From: Oopsacas minuta
Taxonomy: Eukaryota; Animalia; Porifera
Direction: 5' to 3'
Length of the DNA: 64,000 nt
NCBI GenBank assembly: GCA_024704765.1
Contig: JAKMXF010000066.1
Location: forward strand, 1,175,883 to 1,239,882
A model generated the notes under the pieces. The model had not been told where the DNA came from. It ran no database searches and saw only the letters and a program-made list of their open reading frames with translations. Of the stretch, positions 10,219 to 23,300 are shown piece by piece. How positions within the stretch are numbered: position 1 is the first letter of the stretch; each line of letters opens with the position of its first letter. A program made the position numbers and the translations under genes.

Positions 10219-13200
10219 ATGGTGAAAGAAGGAATAAAGATTTTCTGCAGGGTCCGTCCCAGCTCGAAACCTGAAAATGTCAGCCAATTTCTAATAAAAT
10301 CACCTGATTCACCAAAGGAAACTCACGCTATAGCATTTCAAATTCCCAAAAACATCAGTGATGGTCTAGTCAACAACAAAAAAGACGTTTACCAATTCAA
10401 ATTCAATCAAATATTCAATTCTCAATCCACACAAGACCAAGTATTCACGCAAGTAGCATCATCGGTTATTGACAATGTAATAGAAGGCTATAACGGTACA
10501 ATATTCGCATATGGACAGACAGGCTCTGGTAAAACATATACCATGACTGGAGGCACTGAGAAGTACACGGATCGTGGAATTATCCCAAGAACAATTTCAT
10601 ATCTTTTCGATTATTTCAAGAAGAAATCTGGGTTAATTTTCACACTACACATATCTTATATGGAAATATACAATGAACATGGATATGATCTTCTCAGTGC
10701 AGAGCATGAAGCTTCTAGGCTAGAGGATTTACCTAGAGTAACTTTGATGGAGGATTCACAAGGTGAGTGAATAGATAGCATTTTCGACCTCACTGTAATG
10801 GGTAACGTCACCTAAATTAACCCCTTCTCTTTGAGGAAGGCTAAAAATAGATATTTACCTCTTTTCCGCTAATTTAACCTCTTAAACCATGGATACTACT
10901 CTTTGAATTTAGTCTTAAATTTCTCCAATCCAGTGTATTCAAATTATGTATATATAATTAATAGGAACAATCCATCTACGTAATCTATCACAACATGGAG
11001 CTAATACAACAGAAGAAGCTCTGAATTGGTTATTCATGGGAGATACTAATAGAGTTATAGCTGAGACTCCTATGAATATGGCATCAACCCGATCACACTG
11101 CATATTCACACTGCATATTACTAGCAGAGAAGCTGGTAAGTATATTTACCATATAAACTATGAATATTCTCAATTTTATGATATTTCCTAATATTCATTT
11201 GTACTTCTTACAAAATTTACAGTAATTCTCCTAACGAAATTGTTTGTTAAAAACTTTCAATATAATTTCCCACTGAGAAACAGATTTCTGATTGAAAATT
11301 ATTTTTATAACATGTTTCCCTTCAATGATAATTCTGAGATCTTTAGAGCTAATTTCTAGTGTTAGCAAAATTCGAATAATTTGATGGGGGTGAGGTTTAC
11401 TATTTCAACGTTCTTCATATTCTATCAATTCCAATTTGTTTGATTGTAACCTTATATGGTGAATTTATATGGAGATTTGTCCAGTGTATTGTGTATGATA
11501 CAGTTATTTATTAGTGGGGGAATATTCACTCAAATTTGTTGCCACTTCAAAGCTCACATTTCTAGAACGAAGGGACTTTGAGAGTGTTTTGAGTGACGTC
11601 ATAATTTTAGAATTATATCCTGAATTTTCGAAACATCCTATTGATGACGAATCTTCTCTAATTTAGAATTTCGAACAACAATTATTTTTGTAATTTCGAA
11701 TTCATAGGTTCAGATGTTATCAAACGATCAAAACTCCACCTTGTTGACTTGGCCGGTTCAGAGCGAATCGGGAAGTCCGGGATAAAGGGTTCACTCTTGA
11801 CGGAAGCTAAATACATTAACTTATCCCTACACTACCTGGAGCAGGTAATAATATCTCTCTCAGAGAAGAAAGGTCATATTCCTTATAGGAATTCTCTTAT
11901 GACGTCAGTACTAAGAGATAGTTTAGGAGGAAATTGTATGACTAGTATGGTAGCTACATGTTCTGTGGAAATGAGTAATATTGATGAGTCTATCTCTACC
12001 TGTAGGTTTGTATAACATATATGACGTCACTATTGTCCTACTCATAGAACATGATTCCCAACTTTTTTCACTGGTAGATCCCCTATACCAATTTCATACA
12101 AATTATAATATAGATAATATTCATATTATGTATATAATTTTGCTTAGATTCGCACAAAGAGTAGCTCTAATTAAGAATGAAGCTCTCGTTAATGAAGAAT
12201 TAGATCCTAGAGCTATGATAGCTCGTCTCAAGAATCAAGTCAGTGAGTTAAAGCAGGATTTAGAGTTGGTAACAGGACAAGAGAGAACTGATGAGTTAGT
12301 TGAAGAAGAGATAGAATCATGTAGAAGTGCTGTTGATATGTATTTGAAGGAAAATGACATTGAAACTCAGATACAAGTGAGTTGATTTTATATTCTATGA
12401 ATATCCCTGGTGTATATATTGGTATGAATATATTGATATGAATATCCTGGGAACTAAATTTTTGATTTGAAAGAAGAAGTATGTATAAACCGAATCTACA
12501 TTTTAAATACTCCAGATAATCTGGCCAACACATTTTTCCTGATTAATCGTGTCAGATACCTGGTCTGGAGTACTGTTTCTAAATGTACAAAAACTGGATT
12601 TAACCTACATTATTCCAATTCTATGCAATGCCCAAGAAATTTATAATTATCAAAAAATATCAATTTTCAAGGTATCAGGAGATATGCGTAAAATCCATTA
12701 TTGTTTCAGAATTCTGAAAGAAAAATATTTGAATTCACAAATGAAAACAAAACAAGAAACACAATCACCTCAAAGTAAACTGAATGAATTAAAATTAACA
12801 AAAGATGAGGGCAATCTCCAGGTACACAGAATGGGTGTTGAATCTGACTTATTGACCATGGATGTTACACGTTTACGAGGGTTACTACACCAAAGAGATG
12901 AAGAGATTAATGTAATCGTAAAATTACTTAAGCAAGAAAAAGAAAATTTTGCCGAAACGCAGCGTTCCTTGTTCATACTCCGTGAAAAATATATTGAAGC
13001 TACTGGCCAACAATATGATATAAAAATCGCGAAAAAAATTGAACGTCCGTTGACAGAACCGAAAATACCCACAAATATTAATATTTCAACACCTAGAGGG
13101 ACAGTTTCAGAGGAAACGATTACTCGAAAACGATCTGAATTCTCAAAAGCACGTCAAACAGCATTCGACACATTCCGCAGAAAACATCCACAAGACTCGA

Positions 13201-13716
13201 TACTAAATCAGCACAACGTTAGACTGAATGATTGTTACACAAAGGCTAGAGTATTAGGCGAAAAGGTTAACTCATCACGTTTACAGGTTAACAAGCTAAA
13301 AACTAAAATACAGCAATTGAGAGTCTCAAATGCCGTGGATTTTCAAGCTGATGCATCGGCGATAGAGGAGGAAAATCGACTGAGAGGTGAACTTGAAATT
13401 AGCAGGATTGCGTTTAAATGTGACTGTGCTTTATTGAAAGAATTAAAGACTGAGATAGAACATATTCAGCATTTGATGGAAAAAATTAAAGTTCTTGTTT
13501 TGAAGGAATTTGATAGCTGGTGGGCTGAACAGATACACACATACAAGAATTCTATGTTAAAAGGTGAAAATAACCACGATAATGTCAATGGAATTCCCAG
13601 ATTCTAAAAAGCAAAATGATTCCCTGCTTCAAACTGGTGATAAAGTTCTAGATGAAACGATTCAAATCTTTTATAAAATGAAACAGAAAGTAATTAATAG
13701 CCGCACAACTAAATAA
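10219..13716 (+). CDS. KIF6: Kinesin-9 family motor KIF6, about 749 aa (725 aa if the final 37-nt intron is not spliced)
   Basis: Exons 10219-10762, 10965-11135, 11708-12005, 12148-12376, 12672-13563 and putative 13601-13716, all GT-AG and in frame. P-loop GQTGSGKT; GDTNRVIAETPMN..STRSHCIF; LHLVDLAGSER; LLTEAKYINLSLHYLEQVI; DMRKIHYCF. Confidence 0.93.
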
Positions 13717-14062
13717 TAGATTTTTAAACATATTAAATGATATACACACATAAACATAAATATTACATTCTGGTGGATTTACTAATTTCCCCACATATTG
13801 TGAGCCTGTCCCTTACTAATTTTGAGATCCTATGGACCTCTCTTGTCGTCCGTGGACCCCCGTTTAGAACCGCTGCTTTTGCTATCATCGCTTACATTTC
13901 TGTTATAGCTAAGTACAGTAAAACCTCCAAAAGTGAACACCTTTTCTCTGTCCAAAATGATTTCCATTGTCACGCACAATGTCATGAAAAATGAACACCT
14001 CTCGCGAATGTGAACATTTTGGCTGGTCCCCAGGGTGTTCACTTGCTGAGGGTTTTATTGTA

Positions 14063-14147
14063 CAATGGACGCCGGTTATAAGATAATGGATATACACCAT
14101 CATCTGGAAGACGGTTCATATATACTTCTTATAACCGGCATCTACAG
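14063..14147. mobile_element. Short MITE family D, 85 bp
   Basis: TA|CAATGGACGCCGGTTATAAGA ... TTCTTATAACCGGCATCTACAG|TA: imperfect TIRs with TA on both sides. Same terminus as the element at 53594. Confidence 0.6.
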
Positions 14148-14561
14148 TACAATGGAGAAATTTTTCAGAAAATTTTATTACCAAATGACTTCATTCAATT
14201 GCTAGCATAATTGAATAGCAAAAATTAGTCTTATTTCTGTGTACAATTTCTTATCATTTTGTGATGCTATCTTGTTTCCTTACTTATCCCTTTGAATAAC
14301 AGGAATAATTCGTGTAATATTCTTCACTGTTAGCAATGAATTTTTGTTGCCAAAGCATTTTTCATCGGTAATTATACTTACAATTCCATCAAGTTCAACA
14401 CCACAAATTCACCATTTCCAATCAATAAAGAGAATACACAATTCTCTAATTACTAATCAGTTAAAAATTGATAATTAAATTCTTTTTCCCATCAGTTATT
14501 AATCATTTTAAAATTATTTATGATATTAGTAACAGTTTATTGAAGTTTTAATATCCTACAC

Positions 14562-15053
14562 ATGGCTACAAACAATGTAGATAGTGATACCAATGTAAAA
14601 ACAACTCAAAACAGTGAGTTAGGGGATTGTCGTAAAGAGTTATTAGATCTTATCCAGAAGAAACATGATCTAGAATTAAACCTTATTTCCTTAGAAAAAC
14701 AAATTTATAAATTTGAAGAATCTTATTTAGATGAGACGCAAGCTTTTGGTAATGTAATCAAAGGTTGGGATAATTATTTGACGTCAAACTTAAAATCAAG
14801 TGGATCCAGTCAGAAAGCCGATAGAAAAGTTAAAAAATGGAAAGATTCTGATCGTTTATTTTCTAAATCTTCCGTAACTTATGAGTACGCCCTCAGGGCT
14901 CCAACTGCTACTCCACAAGGCAAGGAAAATCGTTTTCTAGACGATTCTATTCTAGGTCGAAAAATTGATATCTCATCTCAACTTTCACTCACTCCAACTG
15001 GATCTCCATACAATAAATCAAGTAAGAAATCTCTGAAAAGAATATCAAAATAG
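14562..15053 (+). CDS. MEAF6: Chromatin modification-related protein MEAF6/Eaf6 (NuA4/MOZ/HBO1 subunit), 163 aa
   Basis: ELLDLIQKKHDLELNLISLEKQIYKFEESYLDET..GNVIKGWDNYL and DSDRLFSKSSVT match the Eaf6 signature. Confidence 0.93.
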   Translation: MATNNVDSDTNVKTTQNSELGDCRKELLDLIQKKHDLELNLISLEKQIYKFEESYLDETQAFGNVIKGWDNYLTSNLKSSGSSQKADRKVKKWKDSDRLFSKSSVTYEYALRAPTATPQGKENRFLDDSILGRKIDISSQLSLTPTGSPYNKSSKKSLKRISK

Positions 15054-15663
15054 ATTCACTGTATGTAGCACAAGGAAATGTTTCCGCTATTATACAATAT
15101 TATTCATAATCAATATTTATTTCAATTATAAAAATCAACTAAGCTTTATTTTGTCAATTCGAGGGTTGGAAATTTGCCTTCCATGGAAAATTATACACAT
15201 CGTGTTTGCCTCGTGAACTATTTCAACCTTGCCCTTGACAACTAGGTATGCTATTTGCCCCGACCCCAACGCCCCCAATAATTGAGAAGCATCTATTGAA
15301 ATGATGTACTTTTTGCTTTCGCCGTGCCTACAATCACTTTTTGAGTCAGTCGAATGCGTTGGTACTAGACAAAATTGAGATTTTCCCCATTCAAAATTAC
15401 TTAATATAGCTCCGTGGCGTAGTGAATGATATCTGCTTGATTTTGTCGAGCCGATTAAAATGATATGTTAGATGGTTTTTATTATTAAGATAATCATAAA
15501 ATATACCCGAGTGTATTTGTCTTGTAAGCTTTTTTCTAACTTGATTAGTGCTATACCCAATTCCCTTATTCATTTTCTAAATGTAGTATTATTCAATCAG
15601 ACTAATTTTGTATAAATACAAAAAGCAAAAGAGTTTGCAAATAAATATTTACAATATTTTGTC

Positions 15664-16755
15664 ATGACTGTAATGCGAATATTTTATCATATCTCTGATG
15701 TGTTACTCGTTGTTAGTTGCATAGTTATGTCAATTGTCGTCATCTTTTGGTTGTTGTACTGTCTCCACGAAATATACACAAATTACAAATTACACAAAAA
15801 TCTAAAATTGAGGTACAATGACCATGAGGTGAGTTTTAAGATGATACGCCTTAAGAAAAATATTGTCAGAGACACTCTATTGATTCTTGGATTACTTAGC
15901 GAAATTTTCGTAGCATTTCTAGTTACTTTCAATGTACTTTTTCCTGTTTCTAACAATTATATTGATGGATTGACTACCCAAGTAGTTGCTGCGAAATTCA
16001 ACTGTACCAAAGTAGTTGAGGGAAGCAATGTGTTATTCTTCGCGCATTTCGGTAGTCTTGTGATCGTGACTGACGGTTTACTTCTAGGAACATTTCTCTT
16101 ACAGATAAGGCTGTACAAAATCATCCTGGATTTCTTCATTAAGGAGTATCAGTGTGTTTCTATGGCCAAAGAGTTTTATTTCAGTTTGACAGGAACTTGC
16201 GTACAGTTTCTACTTGTATTTGTCCTGAGCTCTATCCTTGAAACGCGCTTAATTGGTGTAACTTTATCCAGTTTCTTCATGACCTTCAATCTCTATTCCA
16301 TTATCCATACAGCCAAACGCTTGTATTCTCTCCTAAAAAGCTATCTCCAAGATATCAAACTCATACACAATTATGATGCCCAACTAGAATACAAAAAAGT
16401 ATACAAAATGACTCGAAAATTCAAAATTTCACTGAACATATTCACCATACTTTTCTCTACCATCACTTTTGGTGTATCTGTCTATGTATTTGGCTGCACA
16501 TGGATAGAGTGGTTGTTTCTATTTGATTGTAAATCGGTCAATCCCTTTTCACTTCGGATCAATATCAGTGATTCGACTGAGGATATTCTGTTACATATTA
16601 GCTTGTTTGCAAGGATAGTGCAATCTTTTGCTGGTTTTATATACTATACTGGTACCATTGGTGTAAGTATAGTGCTGGGATGGAGTTCGTTGTATAGTTT
16701 TAGGAAAAACCGGTATATTCCAGTTGATCAAGGCTTGATTAGACCTTTGGTATAG
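15664..16755 (+). CDS. Orphan seven-transmembrane (GPCR-like topology) protein, 363 aa, intronless
   Basis: Seven hydrophobic segments counted by eye; N-glycosylation sequons NCT and NIS in loops; no recognisable class A/B/C motifs. Confidence 0.8.
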   Translation: MTVMRIFYHISDVLLVVSCIVMSIVVIFWLLYCLHEIYTNYKLHKNLKLRYNDHEVSFKMIRLKKNIVRDTLLILGLLSEIFVAFLVTFNVLFPVSNNYIDGLTTQVVAAKFNCTKVVEGSNVLFFAHFGSLVIVTDGLLLGTFLLQIRLYKIILDFFIKEYQCVSMAKEFYFSLTGTCVQFLLVFVLSSILETRLIGVTLSSFFMTFNLYSIIHTAKRLYSLLKSYLQDIKLIHNYDAQLEYKKVYKMTRKFKISLNIFTILFSTITFGVSVYVFGCTWIEWLFLFDCKSVNPFSLRINISDSTEDILLHISLFARIVQSFAGFIYYTGTIGVSIVLGWSSLYSFRKNRYIPVDQGLIRPLV

Positions 16756-17336
16756 TAAATTTCTGTGTATTATTTATTGATATTTTTGCAATTTTTAATA
16801 ATCTGTTCGTTACTTTTGGAATGCAATCAAATATATTAATATTTTGTCTTGCACTACATTTGTCTGTCTGTTTTATTCAATAAATGGCGAAATTCGAAAA
16901 TTACGAATTAGGAATTTTTGAAATGAAAATAATTCTTGATTTTCATTTGGTTTTGAATGATCTAGGCATGAAAATCATATGATCTTAGTATAAACTACTT
17001 TTAGTTTTTGCATGAAGTGTTTATCTTGGCAAGCACATGGCAGAAACTTATCAAGTTTATGGCAAGAACTTTGTCGACATATCATCTGCCTCCAGGGGTC
17101 GTGTCGAGGATACGACATCCACGCACGCACCAAAGCATTTGAATAATCTTCTTTTTATAAGTATATATTTAAAATTCAATAATAAAACTCATATACATAC
17201 ATAATGCCGTAAACTCCCCGTTATATGCCTAATGAACCCTGGTAATTACTTCAGTGTAAGTGGAATCCTATATAACCGATGAAACTTTGTTACTTTGATC
17301 TACAGTTAGCACATCACTACATTATGAACTAGCATT

Positions 17337-20300
17337 ATGACACTAAACTACGATTGTTCCTCTCGAATTGTGACATTTGCGACAGGACAGAATGAAAACC
17401 AACCTGACGACACACAACCACATAACCATATGACGTCACCCTCAGATAAAAATGAACTAGAAACAGTCTACTCTACGTCACGACAACAAATAGATATTCT
17501 CTCAAATTATCTCACTCAATCTACAAAGGAAGTAAATACTAATACAGATAGTTTAACTTTTTTCCAGCCGGTAGAATTCGATGATAGTACCTCAGTTGAG
17601 GAAGAGATAGGTCAATACAATCTACGTCCTGTTAATAAAACAATTGTAAAAACTGAGCTTTCGACAAAGGGCTTGACGCCCTCCCCAAGTGTATGTCTCG
17701 GCTCAACATTATCGCTACCAGCTAAACGCACTGAGGAATATCAAAGTGGATCAAAACTATCATCACAGTCACTTCAACAACAACAACAGGAAGTCAAAGA
17801 TAACGAAACATACAGTACTTCTGGCCTAGAAGCAAAGCAGATTCAGAAACGTAATGTTGTATTCGACGTACTTACCCGTTTATCACGATCCAAGCTCTCT
17901 GAAGACAGACCCTCTGATGACATGCGTCAATACTGGATGGCAGATCGTACTTGTAAAGAATGCTATGAATGCGGGCAGGTTTTCACGACTTTTCGCCGTC
18001 GCCATCACTGTAGAATATGTGGACAGATATTCTGTGCAAAATGCTGTAGCGAGTACGCTCCCGGGCAAATGTTTGGCTTAAACACGAATCAGAGAGTATG
18101 TTCATATTGCCATCGTGTTATCCGTGTATACGCACAAACTACTAGTGGTACTGCAGACATGAATAATTTCCTTATGGAAACTAGCAATTTATCCCAGCAA
18201 AAACCAAAGTTTTTATCTTACTCCGTTAACGATTCTAACGAAACATACGACATACCATTCAATCCAAATTTTGCTTCAAACACTCCTGCAAAGATTAACC
18301 TTAAAACTGAGCCAAATATTAAAGTAGTAAATAGTCAAGGTAGTCTTGATATAGATCCTAGTCATATTGATGTAGTAGATGAAGAGGATCAGCTACCGAT
18401 TGCTAAAGACACGCTATTAGCTGTTTGGATGAAAATGCAGGATTTAGACTCAGGACTAACTCTGCAGACACAGCGTCATAGATTCAAACACTATCGTAAT
18501 GCCATTACAGGTGCTCAGGTTGTAGATTGGCTATTATCGAATAAAATAGCAGAAACGCAACATTACGCTGAAAATATAGGAAAAGCACTGGTTGATGCCA
18601 AATGGTTAACTCCAGCAACGAATTCAACTATACCTTTTAAGAACGATAATCGTCCGTATAATCTCGTGTACTCAACTAACGTACAAGATTCTAAGTTACC
18701 ATTGGAGAAAGATAAAGCTGATCCTCTCTGGTTACAAGCTATTGACTTTAATGATGAAGATGATGAAATGTTTGATTTACATAAAAACGAAACTGGAAAT
18801 ATTCCCCATCGTGATTCAATTTCTAAGCGGGACGCGAATCAACCTTCTGAATCGAATTTTCATCTACCAACCGTTTCAAAATTCGATACCAATAATGACA
18901 CCAAACGAAGCAGCATGGCAACTAAATTAGACGAAGGTGTTAGTTTTGTAGATGCATATCTTGGCAATTCATATATAATGTCACCAAGTCTCCCTTTACG
19001 TAGAGCTAGTTCACTTGGGCAACTCAATATAACCCAACCAAGCGATTTCCCTCGCATAGATATTGAGCATTTTCGTGATTCGGTTGAATTAAGGCTTACA
19101 GATTCCTTACCCGCAGTAGATAAATTCGATTCTAGCATGTACAATAGTAAACGTGTAGGTTCAGATCCCTGTCTTCTTGATAAAACAATGTATTTGGATA
19201 GTAATAGCGGTACTCTTAATGATCGCCACACTTCAATGAAAGGCATTTTCCGGAAATCTTTCCATGAATTCGATGAGGGTGAAGCCCAAAAACGACTTGA
19301 TCAATACACAAAGACACATTTGAGTTCATTGATGCTACAGGAATTATATCAAGGAGGGTTATCGTCTAAATGGTTCGATGTACTTATGCCGATTATCACG
19401 GAAATAAGTCAAACAGTTCGTCTGAACCTTCAACATGATGAAGTGATTGATATCCGAAAGTTTGCGAAATTTAAAAAGGTATCTGGTGGCGCAATGGCCG
19501 ACAGTGAAATAATATACGGAGTTGTTTGTAGTAAAAATCTTACGAGCAAACACACGCAAAAGTATTACAATAAACCAAAAGTCCTACTATTGCGATGTGC
19601 TTTCGAATTTGAACGTAAAGAAAACAAAATCTCGTCATTCGATATGTTAATAATGCAGGAAAAAGAGTACATATCAAACTTAGTTAATAAAGTATTAGCT
19701 TTAGAGCCGAATTTAGTTATTGTAGAAAGATCTGTAGCAAGAATTGCCCAGGAAATGCTAATAAACAATGGAATTACTCTTGTCACTAATATGAAATCAA
19801 GCGTTATCAATAGGATAGCCCGTAGCACAGCTGGTCACCAATTAGTCTCACTGGATCAATTATCATGGGAGATACAGTTAGGTGTTTGTAAGAAATTCTT
19901 TCTTAAAACTTTCACTATTTCTGAAAATGAAACTAAAACTTTGATGTTTTTCGAAGGCTGTCCTCCAGTGCTAGGCTGCTCAGTCTGTCTGAGAGGTGGA
20001 AGTAGAAAAGAATTGATTAAAATTAAAAAAATCGCGAATTTCGTGCTACTTTCCGCATACAACCTACATCTAGAGAATGCTTTTATCAGAGATACATTCA
20101 CGAAACCTCTTCCTATACGTACTCTCCCGAAGTATAGTTTATCATCTGGCTACCCCACGCCCCCATCAAGCCCTCGTTTAAAATTCGCCCCAGCAATTCA
20201 ACACACAAACGGGTTATGTGAAAATGCACTGCCATTATCCGGTCAATCATTATGTACAGAACCTTCAGAGGAATTAACACAAGACCTAACAACGCCATTC

Positions 20301-23300
20301 TATAAGGTATTTGAAAAGCATATATTTACGCTATCACCTCATTTAGTATTGAATCCCCCATATCTGCATACATACAATGGTACACTGAGTAAAGTTAGAA
20401 AATACCTACCTAATATGCTATACTGGTCGAATCAATTTGAATCAATTGATGCCTCTGTTGTTATGGGAATTGATGAGGCGAATTTTTCACGTGAAACTCT
20501 ATGTAATTCCCTCACACAGCTTGATAACCTATCCGTGTTCAGAGGATTATCGTTCATTTCAAACAGAAAACCTGATATTGATAGGAAAAAAGGCAAAAGT
20601 GGAACTTACAAAAAGTTTGATAGCAACAGTAATAATTATTCTACGTCAGTGACGTCACACAAAACGTATTCAGTAGATTCCAGTAGTAATCTACCTGCTG
20701 GTTTTGTCAAGGGAATTACATTCAAACCAACTGATTACTTTTCTTCGAGCACTTCTCATTGGTTTGTGAATGCTATCATACTCGGCACAGCTCCGAAAAA
20801 TACGTTCGATGGGCTCCTAGCTAATTATCGTGCAACAGCACAGTTTAGCCATTTACATCAAGATCAATACCCTATCAGTCTGTATTTGAAATATCCTGAT
20901 GTGAAAATTGAGCAGTACCAATTGCAAGATAATTCTATCGAATCAAAACTGTTATTAAATGATGAAAAGAGTACTGAATTAGATCAGAAAATCGATGTGC
21001 TTCCCACATCAGAATATTTGGAATTAGATCACGACGATTATTTGGAGGACTTCACCTATTCCACAAAGCGTGTGGACTGTTTTGACATGAAGTATCATCA
21101 AAAAATTCCAGTCTTGTTCAGTTCAAATTCGATAGAATCACCTAACTGGCCTCTTGCTTGTATTAAGCCATGGGTAATTATAATGGATTTCTACGGCAAG
21201 CGAGATATAGATCTTTACAATTTCCTAATGAAATATTGTTTCCGTCCAAATTACAATTGTCTAACAGACAAGTGTAGAGTAAAAATGAACAAACATTTAC
21301 GGTATTTTGCACACGGTGATGCAGCTATATTTCTCCGTACTGACGTCATCAAAGAACTATCCTCTGAATTTGAACGTATAAGAACCTGGGGGCAGTGTAT
21401 CACTTGTAAATCAAGTACTCCAGTTTCCATTTTATCTCCAGAAGCACAAGCCTTTTCATTCGCGAAATTTCTAGAGCTAAAATTCTATGGAAAACACTTA
21501 ATTCGGCGGTTATCTTCACAACAATGCACTCATGCTGTATTCAGTGATCAAATTCAATTTTTTTCTTATGGAAAATGGATTGCAGCTTTTGAATATCAGA
21601 AATTGAACTTGAAAGATGTCGTCCTAACTTCATCTCTGTTAACTTTTGATGCTAAAACACTGTTATTAAATCAAGATTGGGCAAAAGAGCTCAAATTTCT
21701 TAACAGCAAAATGGCAGAAACTTTCAATTTACTCTACACAAAACTAGAAATATTGAACAAGTCGCTTATTTCCGAAGAATCCACGATATCTGAGTATAAA
21801 ATCAAACTAGCTCACGAAGAAACAGACCTAATGGAAAAGGTGAAATCACTAATAGCAAAAGCAGATGAATTCGGATGTTTTTCAAACGACCCTCAAATAC
21901 ACGACAACACTCAATCTTTTTATAAAAGCACTTTAGAATACTTACAAGATCATCTAGCCTATATTAAAGGGGTTTTCTCAAAGGCAATACGCAAATGGAA
22001 CAATTTGTACCAAGGATTAGTAGACTCCGACAGTGTCTCGAAGCAACAAAAGTCCATCCCTGGCCCGTCTAGTAGAACCTACTCCGATTTTACTCCCTCA
22101 ACAACAACTAAAGAGTTTTCTGTAAGCAATACTATCCCTGAAGAAATTGATAATAAATACATTGATTATGATAACTTTGAAGTAGACAGTGAACAATCGA
22201 ATCCAGATTTATCTTCTCTTAGTAGTGGTCGTGGGTCTCTCATACAACATAGTGATCATTACAGTTTACCATCCAGTCCTGTTAAGAGTAGTGCAGCATT
22301 CATGGTTTTTCCAAAACAAAATAGCCTCACTGCTCCTTCGACCTCAGAGGTACATGGTGAGGTGTACGCCCCCTCTGATTTTCCGACACAGGAACCGCCA
22401 AAACGACAAATGTCTGAACCACCGAATTTTAACACACAAAAGACAAAATCTTTAGGTAGAATGGGTAACAAAGATTTTATTGAGAAAAAACGACCTTCAA
22501 TTCAAAAAGGATTTTTCACTCCAGTCCCTTTACCATTCAATACTGGCGATCACTTTACACTTGAGTGCGGGCAAATACCTCTTGCTATCTATGAGAGTGA
22601 ACCTTCATCGATCATTGCTTACGGATTAAACTCTACGTCATATAAGGATAAATTAAGCCAACTCTTACGCTTGGAAAAGACTACGAAAAAGAATAATATT
22701 TCAGGGACATATTCTAACGATCTAGCTGAGGAAGATCGATCAGTAAAATCGGATATTAACTCTGATCATGAGGAACATATTGAATTAGAATTTGAAGATA
22801 GCGGTACTCATTTTTATTGTAAAGTTTTCTATGCGCAGCAATTCATGCGATTGAGAGAGGAAATATATTCAGAAGGGGAAGACTGTTTTATCCGTTCTCT
22901 CTCACGATGTGTCGATTGGGCGGCTAGAGGCGGGAAAACACGCGCCACATTTCGTAAAGTCCTTGACAACCAGTTTATTATCAAACAAATGTCACGAACG
23001 GAAGTTGATTCATTTATAACATTTGCTAACAGTTATTTTGCGTACATCAAAAGTATGATTGGAAACGAGAAACCTACAACTCTCGCTAAAGTGCTCGGAG
23101 TATATCGTATTGGATTTCGAAACACTATTACGAATCAATCAATGAAAGAAGATGTGTTAGTAATTGAAAATTTGTTTTATTTGCATAAATGCTCGAAAGT
23201 TTTCGATTTGAAAGGTTCACTAAGAAACCGTTACCTACAACCAAATAACAAAGATAGTGATGTACTATTAGATGAGAACCTTCTTGAGTATATCGGTCAA

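Noticed and set aside
11981-12671. ORF-track segments 11981-12147 and 12549-12671 as separate proteins
   Set aside because: They are intronic read-through flanking true KIF6 exons, which have clear splice sites.
15409-15424. tRNA A-box-like GCTCCGTGGCGTAGTG
   Set aside because: No B-box (GTTCGA) or cloverleaf follows.
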